From Ramazzottius varieornatus (lineage: Eukaryota; Animalia; Tardigrada): DNA of 38,644 nt. Location: positions 1 through 38,644 of the forward strand of contig BDGG01000029.1 in NCBI GenBank assembly GCA_001949185.1, in the 5' to 3' direction. A model generated the notes under the pieces. It saw only the letters and a list, made by a program, of their open reading frames with translations, was not told the DNA's origin and made no database searches. This document shows, piece after piece, positions 23,708-36,000 of the stretch. The position numbers and the translations under genes are program-made. Position 1 is the first letter of the stretch. Each line of letters starts with the position of its first letter.

Positions 23708-26177
23708 ATGTACTCGAGAAAGATTGCGGAAATGCGGGAATCGGACTATGAGGTGTATGTTGAGCAGCGCAAGCTGGCGGACATGATCACCCGCCATGCG
23801 GAACTGGACGACGTTCGGATAACGTTGGCCAGTGGGGCCCGAGCTAACCAAGCCGTCGTCCAAGGACTCCATCCCTTGCATTACGCCGTCTACGAACAGT
23901 ACTACGAATGCGTCAAGGTAAAAACTGTTGCTTTGTCAAAGGACGCTGTGAGCAGTTTCGCCATACTGGAACGAACATTGCTTGATGGAAATAATTTAGA
24001 AATTATTGCACGAAGAAATACAAGATTAGTGTGCTAGCTTTCATTACATGAATCTCCCGCATCGCGTTAAAATTGTATGCATTCTTTTATTTGCTCCAGA
24101 TGCTGTTAGCCAGAGGAGCAGACCCGAACGCTGCTGGTAAGAATCAAAACTCACCAGTAGCTCCAACAGCAAATAAAATATTCCAGCGAAACTGCAGCTT
24201 CAGTAAAGGATGCGAGTTACTCATTCGTCCGGCCATAGCTGCCGTTTGGACAGAACGCTGTTTTGTGCTTACCGATTTATGGATGTAACTAGCACTTGCA
24301 ATGTATCTTACCGGATGCCCGATCGTCTTTTCTAGACGATGTGGGATATACCCCGGTGCACCTAGCTGCCGAGCGTGGCTACAAGGACATCCTGGAGCTG
24401 CTGATCAACTACGGTGGGCGCCCGGCCTTCCGGGAAAAGTCCAAGCCCGGCGACCCACTGCCACCGCCAGAGAACACGGCTGATGAGCCACTGCGTTTAG
24501 CCATCAAAGGTGGCTTCTACGAATGCAGCGAGCTGCTGCTGAAACGTGGGGCCGATCCCAACGCCAAGTACTTTCAAGGCTCGGAAATCAACAATATCGA
24601 CCCCGTCACTCAGGTTAGATGAGCAAGTAATACCGAGCCTATGTTGACTGTGGGTGCAATGTTGGTGTTTCTTAATTTAGACCGAGTACCTCGACTTACT
24701 TCTCCGTCATGGCGCCGACCCGGATTCTGCCGACCGCAGTGGCAGGACACCCCTAATGTTCGCGGCCAGGAACCCCGATGGCCTGCAGGCAGTCAAGGTA
24801 CGCCACTTCTTGGTCGTACGCTTTGGTAGTTTCCACAGGCGATGTTCTATCTCGGTGTAGACGCTGATTATGCATGGAGCCGACGTCAACGGTCAAGCGG
24901 GACCTCGGCAGGACTTCCGATCTGTGATGCACTATGCGGTTCTTGGAGGTTCGCATATTGACAAATGTTCAATCTGAATGTCAGTTCACTGTATATTAAA
25001 CTAGGGCCGTTTCTTCTGGTTGCAGGAAACTACGATATAGTGCGACTGCTGGTGAAAGAAGGAGCCTGTGTTTCCATGTCGCCCGAGTACGTCAACCCGC
25101 ACCCTCTTGATTTCGCCATCCTGAAAGACGATGTTCAAATGGTAGGACTGTTCCTATAATATTTTCGGGGTGCAAAAAACACTAAAACTCTGTTACAATC
25201 ACTACTTTGCAGGTTTTTTTTTATTGAAATCATTACCATGCATTTGTCTGTAGAATTTTTCTTCCCTTAAATCCTTGTCGGACGTTTTCTACATTTTATA
25301 ACTCGAAATCATAACTGCTGTCTCTCCTGAAAGAAAAACCAGTCCGCGATCGGTGAAGTTATTCTAAATGTTATGACTCAGTTTTCTACATCATAGGTGA
25401 AGCTTCTTATCGAGAACGGTGCACGAGTCAACCAAGTGGGTTCGCCGCTAATCGGTTCCGCCCTACACGTTGCCTGCTGCGGTGGCGACCTGCACAACCA
25501 ACTGCAGATTGTCGAGACTCTCCTTCAAGGTTCCGCCGACCCCAACTGCCCCACCTACAACGATGAAGGCCAGGTTCTGGCTCCACCTCTCGGCGAGTAC
25601 CTCTGGAACGCCGCCCGTCCTCACAACATCGCCCTGGTCGAACTCATCCTCAAGTACGGCGGTCGAGTCGTCATGCGCAACCAGAACCAAGACCCCATGG
25701 GCATCCTTCGTAGTATCACCAGGCTGCCTTACAATGAGAAGGACATCTTCCTGAAACTGCTGGAAGCCGGGGAAGGATACAACCCGCTCGCCATCTACAG
25801 GTTGGTAACTGTTTATACCATTCCGGGTGCCTGCATACGTATTACTGTCCCTTCAGTATAGGACATGAGTACGCAGGTGGATGAAACGCTACCGTTTTCC
25901 TACAGTATTAGCGTAAGCAGAAGAAAGACAAACGTTTATCTTCTTTTATGATAGGATGACTGGTGTTCCCGCCTGGACGAAAGACACTCTCCTGTGGGCC
26001 GCCACGAGACCCTTGCCACTACGTCACCAAGCCAGACTGGTCCTCCGTCGCACGATGAGCGGCAAGGTCCTGCCTACACAGGTGGCGCAGTTGCCCATAG
26101 CGCCCTTCCTGAAAGACTACGTCATGTGCCAGAACAAGACGCCGACTTACAATAAACTGTATCATGTTGCCGAATAG
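23708..26177 (+). CDS. Ankyrin repeat and SOCS box (ASB-type) protein, ~490 aa
   Basis: Exons 23708-23917, 24100-24136, 24336-24613, 24681-24797, 24861-24948, 25026-25141, 25397-25800 and 25955-26177 are in phase. Multiple ankyrin repeats (GYTPVHLAA, GRTPLMFAA, GSALHVAC); SOCS box PLPLRHQARLVLRRTM..LPIAPFLKDYV. Start codon uncertain. Confidence 0.88.
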
Positions 26178-26521
26178 CCATACGACATTTTGTGCCATTC
26201 ATGCAGTAGTAGCCATTTTTTTTACCCTTCGTGTTACTCGAATGTTCGCAAGTATCGGTCCTACAGACGATGGACAAGCTGATTTTCATGTGATATCATA
26301 CATTTCATTTTCCAGCCGGTGTCTCGAAAGTTTCGAAAGAAAGTAGTCAGAACACCCTTCTCGACGTTTCCAAGTTCGCCGACGAAGACCGCGTACTTTG
26401 CGGTATGCCTAAAGTGTAAGATTAAGGAAACCGAGTGGACAATTCCACACCTATGATGACAAGAAATAGGTGGGAAATCGACCATACAGTATATCGATCG
26501 CAAAGTTCGAGACCTACATCG

Positions 26522-26778
26522 GTGTGCAACTTTTGATGATGATGTTGACGGCGCAAGAGCTTCATATACTGTATAGAGGCTCGGGGGGACTATGGTAAAC
26601 GTTGTAAATTTTGAGTCACGTTTTCTTATCGTCTCTATATGCATAGCTATCAATCGACATCGATATCGATACTGTAACGTACTGCAAGAATCATGTGATG
26701 CTCGCAGGCCTACCGACTGTTAGTAAACATGCTCGTTCATATAAAAAGTCGAGTGCGAAGCTTCATTCGTTATCAGTT
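26522..26778 (+). promoter_or_regulatory. Candidate metallothionein promoter: MRE core, TATA box, Inr
   Basis: TGCACAC (MRE core TGCRCNC) on the - strand at 26522-26528; TATAAAA at 26740-26746; Inr-like TCAGTT at 26773-26778, ~100 nt before the ATG. Confidence 0.5.
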
Positions 26779-26871
26779 CAACCGAAACTTTCTTTGAAGC
26801 TCGTCGTTCTTCCACTGCGGTCACACATTCTGAAGTTTGAACCAGCTACACCGACGTAACTTCAACGTACC

Positions 26872-27308
26872 ATGGATCCCACAGGAACTTCGTGTTGCTG
26901 CGCCGGTAAGTCATCCTCGATTGATGGCACAGACGAAAATCATCCTTCTTTTGCATTGGCGCTCAAATATGTGCCGTGATGTGCCGACAAAAGTTCCCTT
27001 TGCAATCTCTTGGCTGCTTTACTGATAATTTTAATTACAGCCAACAAGTGTCCTCCGGGAGGCTGCAAGTGCGGAAGTGGACAAGATTGCTGCAAGAACT
27101 GCAAGTCCAGCTGTGGCTGCCAGAAAGCCAACAACAACTGTGGATGCCAGAGTATACACGTTAACTTCCTACCCGATGACGAACGATGCCTACGAGCGTC
27201 AAAAAATGAAACGGTATCAGTCTTGTTTGTATCTATCCTATCGTCATTACAGGTTGCGATTGTGGCGATGGAACGAAGTGCGGAAGCTGTTCGTGCTGCA
27301 AGCACTAG
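26872..27308 (+). CDS. Metallothionein, 66 aa, 19 Cys
   Basis: Exons 26872-26905, 27041-27151 and 27253-27308 give MDPTGTSCCCAANKCPPGGCKCGSGQDCCKNCKSSCGCQKANNNCGCQSCDCGDGTKCGSCSCCKH*. CxC/CC motifs and no Phe, Trp or Tyr. Confidence 0.88.
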
Positions 27309-27450
27309 GTACTGGATCGGAGCGTAACCTACCCAAAATACGTTTGACCACAATGCCGACCGTGAATTACGCATGACTAAAATATCACTCGAGTTTTGTA
27401 CTAGTAAGCCTTGTGCCTAACTGATGTAAATATCATATTCATGGTGGATA

Positions 27451-27645
27451 CACGTACGATGAGTAATCATGGGACATTAAATTTATGGGACAGGCCTTTT
27501 CGCTACGGCGGTAGGGATGTACGTACGTACGCGACTCATTTACACTAATACACTTATCGACACTTTCTGCGGTTGAATTTCCACTTTGCCGTCCTTTCGG
27601 CCCGTCTCATAGTTTTTACTGTCCCATAATTACCCATCATGCGAG
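27451..27645. mobile_element. TA-flanked MITE family B, copy 2
   Basis: TA|CACGTACGATGAGTAATCATGGGACA...TGTCCCATAATTACCCATCATGCGAG|TA; homologous to 6396-6582. Confidence 0.75.
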
Positions 27646-28967
27646 TACAGGATGTCGATTTATTATTACGTCGTGTCCGTGACTTTCAATGCATTTCAGT
27701 AGCGGTAACGCTTTTGAGCACTGCTGTTCCAAAGTAAGGTTTACTATCAAGAATTGGAGCATATGTTTTGCTTGAACAGATCATATACTATGGTGGAAAA
27801 CTTTCCACGGCGAACCGGTCTCGGTTCTTGGTCCATAGGAACCGGAGTCAGTGGGCGGACGAGGATTATCTGTCTTTGGGCAGGAAACAAAGCGAAAGTT
27901 CCGGCAGGATGTGAGCCATCACCAGTTCTACAGTATTTCGTAGTAGGCGAAACGTATACCCATACAGTTTCGTTGTTCCTGTCCGAGTGTTTGAAACGTG
28001 CACGGGTTGATCATGGGCGTGTTTTCCTTCCAAAAAACTGCGAGGGCAAAATGGTAGGACATTCAGCACCATTGCATGATACGTCAGACACTCCATACAG
28101 AATCACCGATCAAGATCCAAGTCCTCCCAAAATCGTGGCTGGCGAGTGGGCAGCTCGGAATTCGAAGCCTTGTGCGCATCCGGCCTTGTCGCGGCTCTGA
28201 TTTCACCTAATTTGATCTGGAAATTGACGGTACGACAAACTCTCATCATCGTGACTGTGTACAGTGTGGAGCGATGCCAGACGAGCTCGAGCTTATGCAC
28301 CTGTCTATAAAAATAGTATAAGAATAGTTTTCTTTTCTTGGGTATGTCACTGAAGCTATTTCTACAGGCTAAAACGAGCCAATAGTTGGCTTACGTCTGG
28401 CAAACCTCTGCGTCATTACCATATCACGTGATAACATACCGTGCTGCAAAGCGGCATCTTTGGCTTTTTTTGCATTTTCTCGACGAGTGAAAGTAGAGCC
28501 CGAAGCTCTCCGCACAGTATCTGTTAGACTGATCCTGCTGTGTCGTATTCAAGAAGTGAGAATTAGTACTGTAAAGAAAACCGATGGTGCCGAACGAACG
28601 TTCCTCAATGCATTTTCACACTTCAAGGGAAGCGTTTCTGTGGTACAGAAACACTACAGAGATGCCGTTAGGGCTACAGAAACGCGGAAGAAGTTCTGAA
28701 GCTATTGATAAAGTGTGGTGGAAGTGCGACTGTGCAACTTCAGCCCGGTTTCTGTAGTGGAGAATCTGGGAAGAAATATTTCAGTGTGGAAGTGTGCAAG
28801 GTCGAAATACGGATGCTATTCTTTCGCCTCGTTACGTCACAAACATGTGCTCACCTGCCGAGCGTTTTCATAATTCAGCATGGTAGTGTACGTCTCACTG
28901 AAACACACTGTCAGTTGTAGCTCTCCAGCCTTTTCCACATTGTCAATCTGCTTATTCCTGTTCGAGA

Positions 28968-29522
28968 TGGAGAAAAGTGGCAGTGCCTGGGCGGTCTACT
29001 TTTATGCTGATAAGCCACCGAAGTTAGGTGTCGTTCAGCCATCCTGGTGTGTGCAAGGAGATGGCCCTGATACTCCAACTGTTGGATCGAACTGCATGGT
29101 CAAGTGGCAAGGCAGAGGCAAGCCGTTTCCGGCAATCTTCCTCGACCAAGAGATCGGCAAGACAGTCAAGGAAGCCTACAAGAGTCTCGAAGGTAAACTA
29201 AAAGATGCTGCCACCGATGAAGCCTTAACCTCGATGGGGAAGAGTTACGCCGCTGCTGAGCTGCAACCAAGTAACGTCCAGTCGGATACTGCCGTTAACC
29301 TTCCTGACAACTCTATCACCACCGTCATAAGCCATCCCCATGGACATTTTATTAATTTTTTTACCTCATTATTGATACTTGTTTTCAGATATGACCGCTA
29401 TGTTCTGTGACGGGAAGAAGTTGACCCAACCAAAGACTGCGGAAATCAACAAGAGAATCAGTACTCACTGCTCTGGACTCCGCAAGAAAAACAAGAAGAT
29501 TGCTCCACTGCCTTCCGTTTAA
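28968..29522 (+). pseudogene. Transposon accessory-type ORF remnant (N-terminal beta-rich VVQPSW domain; last exon resembles a BEN-domain C-terminal helix)
   Basis: MEKSGSAWAVYFY..GVVQPSWC..CMVKWQG..FPAIFL; after acceptor TTTCAG (29388): DMTAMFCDGKKLTQPKTAEINKRISTHCSGLRKKNKK. No clear donor site, so the middle is probably deleted. Domain call is from memory of motif patterns only. Confidence 0.35.
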
Positions 29523-29698
29523 AATTCATTCCCGTTGAATTTTGCTGCTCCTGGTACTCTTGCCTATTTCTGATCTGATTTTTTACTTATTGAAACATTT
29601 TGATTTTAATTAGTTTTTAACAGATTCAGAACTTTCCGGTACCAGTAATTACGTACCAACCAGCTCTTTCGATATTCCCAGCAGAATCGTAAATTTGC

Positions 29699-29872
29699 AC
29701 ACGGTGTTTCCGCCGTATTTCTGGGGTTCTTTTCGGTGGTGAATTTTCGCTATGGATGAAATACCACTGCGTTTCCCCGCCACGTTTCTGCCGTGTTTCT
29801 ATAACCCTTTTCGGTGGCGAGTTTTCGCTATGGACGAATTACCGCTGCACTTCCCCACCACGTTTCTACCGT
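29699..29872. repeat. ~78-bp tandem repeat, about 2.2 copies
   Basis: TTTTCGGTGG.GA.TTTTCGCTATGGA.GAA.TACC.CTGC..TTCCCC.CCACGTTTCT recurs at 29730 and 29808. Confidence 0.8.
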
Positions 29873-30041
29873 CGACCTGTGCAGCATTAGCAGTCCGTTT
29901 AACATTGGCGACGGCAGAAATTATCAGTGTTATAGATTTCCGCCGTTAGGGCAGAAATACCACTGATCGACCGTATTTCTGCAGTGTAAAAACAATCGTT
30001 CTTCAAAGGAGGGACGTTGGGCTGAAATTGGGCATAAAAAA

Positions 30042-33000
30042 TTAAAGTAACATGCTTGAACGGGCCCGATAACCGCTCTGCTGCAGCATCGCTGATCCCG
30101 CATCAGATCCCCGACTGCCTTGACCAATTTGTTTCCGGTGTTTCAGCCCCTTCCCGGAACGGATCTCCGTCATGCTGCCATCGCAAAGATCCCACCACCT
30201 CTCGTTGGCGTGTAAGGCTTGCTGGCGAACTCTTTAAAAAAAAACGCCAGACGGTCGCTGCAGCATTCCATTTGCTCAAATTAGCATTTGTCCGAAACAT
30301 GCTCGGAATTCACGAACCTGAGATACAGATAAGCCGCCAAAACTGACCCCATTACTGCAGTCAGCGACACTGCCACTGCCACTTTCCACACGAAGTAGTT
30401 ATGCTCAATACACAACTCGCCCCACAACCCGCAGACCGGCAGGTCGTCCGGTATCTTTCCTGACGTGAACAGGCTTCCGTTAGCAACACTTTGCAATCGG
30501 AGCTTCTCACCGTCAAGCGTAAAGACAGTCTGGAACAGAAAGGTGATTTATCTGAATGACTTGTTTAGCTCGACATGGGGAAGTGACCGCCACCTGTTAC
30601 AGTATACATACCTTGAACTTGAGGTCGATAGTGTCGTAGATCTGGACCATCATAGACAGGACTTTGAAACTGTTATTGTTGATGGTTGACCGGTACGGAG
30701 CGAGATCAAAAGTCCGTCCGGCAGCTGCTTTGCTTACTATTCGCCCGCCACAGTTCCCCGGTCTCGTCCCGCGTTTTCCGCATGTCTCGTTCAGCAACTA
30801 AACTGGCCGTAGTTATACGATCCAGACTCAGATCAGTGACACCATTGTACAACTCCGATACTTACGAACATGGAGACTTGCGCTGATCCATAACAGTTCA
30901 GCATGAACTCGTTGTACTACAGTATAACAGGAAGTTCCGGTTAGGTTCAAAATTTCATAAAACATGGGTTCATTCCCAATATCGCTCTGCGTTCTACGGC
31001 CCTTCGCTCACCATGAAGTAGTCGTCCGCAAAGCTTCCTGCTTGGTGCCTTATTTCTTGTATTTGCTGGACGAAGCTTGGCCAGGAAACCACAGGCGTTC
31101 GAAGGACGATAAAATTTTGAAACTGTTCCCTGGAGTTCTACGGAAAAGGTCAGCACATGCGCGAAGGGAAAGTGAAGCAGTAAAAAGTTTGGAGCGGAAC
31201 GGAAGTACGTGATGTACGTACGTCTGCAGTTCACACCAATGCACTTTTTGGCAATTTTGTACGGTTGAATGTTGAGTTTGCCGTCTTTTCCGCCTGATCC
31301 AAACTTTTTTTACTGCATCAAACTTTCCCTTCGCGCGTGTATGAAGGAGTTCCCTTCTGAACGGAATTGTCACCACGCGTGTACCTCACTATCCTTCCTC
31401 ATTTGAGCTTCATCAAAAAATCTTTCTTCAGCTAATTCCAGATCGAATATGAAAAAAAAGACCTGTAGCAAATTCAGCACAACGTTAAAATCACAAGTAG
31501 CACACATACAGCAACATTGGAGGACATACGTGGCTGGATGTCAAATTGAGTTCTTGTGCTTTGCTCTGTGAAAAAAAGGCTCAAAGTACTATAGTGAATG
31601 TTTCAGTTCTGGTATCTTAGGAGGAATTAAACGCTGCGCGATCTTACCATGAATCGGTGAGACGGCAGTACGTTCGTGCATAATAGGATAACTGCAAAGA
31701 CAATAGAAAATGGGGAAGGCATCGCACACTACCTTTCACGACCATAGTCTCCTAACGCCACCTTTCAATTTCAAATCGTCACCACCGTTTACCCCGCACA
31801 CCAATTTCTAATCAAGGACTGCCACCGGGGACTTCGAACGCCACTTTTTGCCAGAATGGTTTTCATCCCTTAGTCTCACAGGAGGAAGTCAGATCACGCT
31901 TCGGTCCTGATCACAGGTGGCAAGAAGTGTTTATCAACGGCGGGATCTTGAGGGTTCATGAGTCCTTCCTGTGCTCTGAGCCTGCCCCAACATAGCTAAC
32001 TCTTTGGTTAGCGTGACCGCGCTCTGATGTCCCACCCTGGTACCAGGTCTCCCTCGGCGGCGTGACAGTTTCTCGATCTTTCTACTGTTGTAACTGTCAG
32101 AGAACCACTTTCGCAATTTTCTGAGGAAAACGCTGTGCCCTGTTCTCGGCCGTTAAATACAGCCTGTCCCAGCCAAGTTGATCCCTTCCAATTGAGTTTT
32201 CGATAAAACTTCAGTCTCGCACGATTAATTCCCACTGTTTTTCTACGTGTAGTATAGATCCTTCTCCGTATCTCGAAACATGCTGATGCTGAATCGAATG
32301 AGAAACATGTTTGAGTTATTTTTGCAATGAGAAAGGGAAGAGGAGCGAAAAGTGTGCGTTATGGAACGCTGTTCAGAAAATCAGAAACGCACGCTCTCTA
32401 AACGAAATTGGTTTCGCAGTGTGACAAATAACTTAGTTTTCCTGTCGCAAACAGAAAAACTAGGTTTGAGGTACTTGCACTTTCCAACCGCTCATCAGCA
32501 GGCGAGTTTCCCAGTATATTTCGAAGTCCACGGGAAGTTCGAAATTTGCTTTTGGGTTTGGTCAAACTTGCAGTTATTTTTGTCGCATGTAGACGAATGT
32601 TTGTTCTAACTAGCCTTGAGGCGAGAATGTGGGTCGGAAGTTTTTCCGTGTCTGTGGATGTTTTCTCGCGAACACGGAAAATCGTGATCAAGCAGGTGAT
32701 GTAGGGTGCACTCCCGAGCTCGACTAACCGCCGCTGCATTTTCGTCGATCACTTTTTGGAAAATTTATTTTCGCATATGAACCATGAAGTGGTGTGTCTG
32801 TTTCTAAAACTCCAGAACGACATCGAGTCGCTTTCGGTGTTTGTGGAAACATCGTTCAACCATTATTTCCGACGTGATTTCGGGAGCCTCCGTTCAAGTA
32901 CACCTCTTTTTGGAAAGATAGTTTCAAGTTCCTTGAAATCAACATTGTTCGATAGGAAAATTATGGGGCTTGAACATGATATCCTATTGACCTCTCAAAA

Positions 33001-36000
33001 ACTCTCGCGCAACTGAAATATCAGTGTTTTGCTGATGGGTGGTAGCGTGCCATAACAGGGTCGAGACGTGATGGTCGTCAACCCTCATTTATTTCGATTT
33101 TCATTCTAAGTCAAGAAGTCTCCTTTCTCGAAGAACTATGATCTGGCAGATACAGCATTGAATAGGGAATCGTTTGAAATAGGAATATAGTAGTTTCGGA
33201 CCGCGCTTCGAGCGTACTAAACTCTTCGAGGGATCAACTTGGCTGGCACAGATTATAGCTCGTAGGCGAACGCGCATGCGAAGAAGCGAAAGTTATCACC
33301 GTTCTGCCGATTTGCAGATACGTAGCCACAAGTGAGGTTTTCATCTTCCTGTACTTTCTGTCCGTAGAGAAGCCACAACTAGTCTTCCGCCTGCCATGTC
33401 AGCTCGCATGCAAGACTGTCAAAAAACTCGACTTGTGATACTTCCAGACAAACAGCGGTGAAAAGGTGGTATCAGGAGGCTGTGTGAAAGGTGCTATGCG
33501 GAGCAGTTTCCATGAAAAACGGCAGCTCGACTATGCGTGATTCACTGATTACCAGACTTCCTATGGTCCTATCTATCGCTAATTTTTACTGTATGTAAGC
33601 CTTCTTTCGCAAAATCAAACTTCTAACTACAACCAAATACTTGCTTTTTTGTCCATCTCTTTAGGCAAGAACTACTGATCCAAATCCCTCAGCATTTTGC
33701 GCCCAACTTCGAAAAATGATTTGTGGGTACTTGCAGCAGTTTTCATCGCCCTACAATTCGACATGATTTAGTCTGATTTTTTTTCTGGTCCATTTCTTGG
33801 GCTCATGAGAGCTGTTTGAATATATGGTCCAGTCATTTGAGATCTGTGACACAACTTTTCGAATTCAAAACTGCACAATTCGCGTAAACATAAGAGGCAT
33901 GCCATGGCGAGTTTTGATTGCTTGTTCCTGACGCACAGAAGCAGTGGAACAGAAGCAACCTGTTGCGTCTACTTTGCGTTTGTTTGTTCGAAGTCCGAAC
34001 ATTTCTTGTTCTCATCTTATCTTCCCTGTCAACTAACGGAGACAGGGAGAAAGTGTCAGGACGTATTGAGGCTTCGTTTCATACACGAGATTCGATGGAG
34101 CACATCTTACGGATCAGAGCTAAACAACGATACCCGCTTCCAGTGAAGCTCTGCAACTGACATACAAAACGGGAATAACTTTGGCAATCTTGTTGAGTAT
34201 AAAAAGTCTCGCATGGTTTTACATTCCGTCAAAATGATCATGAAAAGGATGGTCAGAAGTTGACGAGTAGACCATTCGAAACTGCATTCGTCATCCTGGC
34301 GTGTTTCACATGGTAGAAAACAAGTAGTTGATCTTCCTCGACTTGATTGTCGGGTGAGTGTCGACAGCACTCTGTTCTGCTTTTGGCAAGCTGTACCTTT
34401 CCCAGGTTGTATGATTGGCCAGATTTTGGAAACAGTCCCTCAGAAGATCATCCTGGGAGCTGAGACACAAGGTTAGCTCACTGTTCAGGTGAAATAGGTT
34501 TCCAGTTTGGAAAGGTCCACCGCATGAAACTGACAAATTCCTCCTGCGGAGCTTTAACCAAGTCATCCAGAACTGGTAAATTTGTGCATCAGACTCATAA
34601 GTTGGATTTCCACATAACTTGGACTGCCGATTCCTCCTGCAGAGTCTGGTCGAATAGGTGTCAGGTTTATCACTAAGCTCTGTTTCGTCTACCGGTGGGT
34701 NNNNNNNNNNNNNNNNNNNNNNNNNNNNNNNNNNNNNNNNNNNNNNNNNNGCTGGCGAACTCTTTAAAAAAAAACGCCAGACGGTCGNTGCAGCATTCCG
34801 CTAAAAGTACCACCCGTCGGTAGATGAAACAGAGCTTAGCGGTCCAGAGACCAACTTTTCGTGATAGTAGACTTTAATCGTTATCCGATAACTTTACGCA
34901 ACGTGATCGGTGCAACACCACTTCCGAAACTGTAGTATGCCGCAAATTTACTGTACATCTTCAGTTTCTCTGGTTCGAAATTTGATGTTCCGCCAGTAGC
35001 GTTGCTTCAACACGAAAAGTGTCTGGGAACTTGTTCTATTGTTTGAAAGAGGGAAACCAAAGGCTTTGGCCAGAGTGTCATCGACGTTTACTTGTCGGTC
35101 CCACGGACTGGAACTGAATCAGTTCGATTGATATCCTTCGTTCGCCATATAAGCTCCACTCACACTTTTTCTCAAACTACCACGAGTTTTGCAATTTCTC
35201 AAAGGTTTCAGCAAATGCATTTATGAATCACGATTTTCAAAATCAATTAGATGTCGTTTGTTTGATTCATCTGCGCAAAACTCAAGGACTCTAATCTCGC
35301 CTTTTTCGACCTGCAGAAACGTGATCGTCTCTTTATGATGTCCTTCAGTACTATAACCTACGAGGTAAACGACATAATTCGGGCATATCGATTTTCGCAC
35401 CATAATTCGGGCGGCGCGAAAAGTTCGAAGATTATCGTCAACGCTTGATTTATCTCTCATCGTACGCCTGTTGATACAACATTAGGCTTTTTAACATTGG
35501 ACAGACCCATCTCTCACCCAGGCCAAATTCCCGTAATCCACAACACTTTCTCGTGCTCAAACCTATTGAAACCTCAAGGACAGGGATCAATTTACCACAG
35601 GAAACAAGAAACAGTTCATTACGCGCAGCAGGAGCTGAGAAAAAATATGCCCGAATTATGGTGCGAAAACCGCTATGCCCGAATTATGTCGTTTACCTCG
35701 TACCAGTTAAAACAACCAACAAGTTTTTATTCAAACCAAAGTACAAGACTTACGGTACCCACTCACTGCAAGCTACGAGCGAGCTGAAGGCCAGCGACTA
35801 GCTTGTATTGCTTACTTCTAGAATGAGCCTTGGCAACAAGGAACGGCGCAGCTAGATCAGCATTCGGGTCATTGGAATCGGTGTCGATCTGGATGACTTC
35901 AATGTGCGCGGCTTGCTGTCTCAGAAGTGGTATCACAGGGAGGCACTGCTGTTGCGTTCGGATATCCCGGCCATGCGTATCTCCGGACTGAATATCGAAA

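Larger units (their letters stand above)
28652..29986 (+). mobile_element. Probable deleted CACTA/EnSpm-type element with an accessory-protein remnant
   Basis: CACTACAGAGATGCCGT...ACCGTATTTCTGCAGTG termini (13/17), (C)TACAGAAA/TTTCTG subterminal motifs, internal ORF pieces. TSD not matched and left boundary uncertain. Confidence 0.5.

Noticed and set aside
16897-26177. Functional cluster of ubiquitin-ligase adaptors (BTB and ASB genes)
   Set aside because: Both families are large, they use different cullins and HADHB lies between them; adjacency alone is not evidence.
27754-28300. ORFs between the metallothionein and the CACTA-like element as missing kinase/cyclase exons
   Set aside because: No kinase or cyclase motifs in the frames examined, and too little space.
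33780-34660. Short ORFs in the 4-kb receptor intron
   Set aside because: Multiple stops and no recognisable motifs; probably decayed repeat sequence.
35040-35110. SPWDRQVNVDDTLAKAF (-) as a receptor exon
   Set aside because: The equivalent region is already supplied in phase by exons 31691-31012, and good splice sites are lacking; probably chance.
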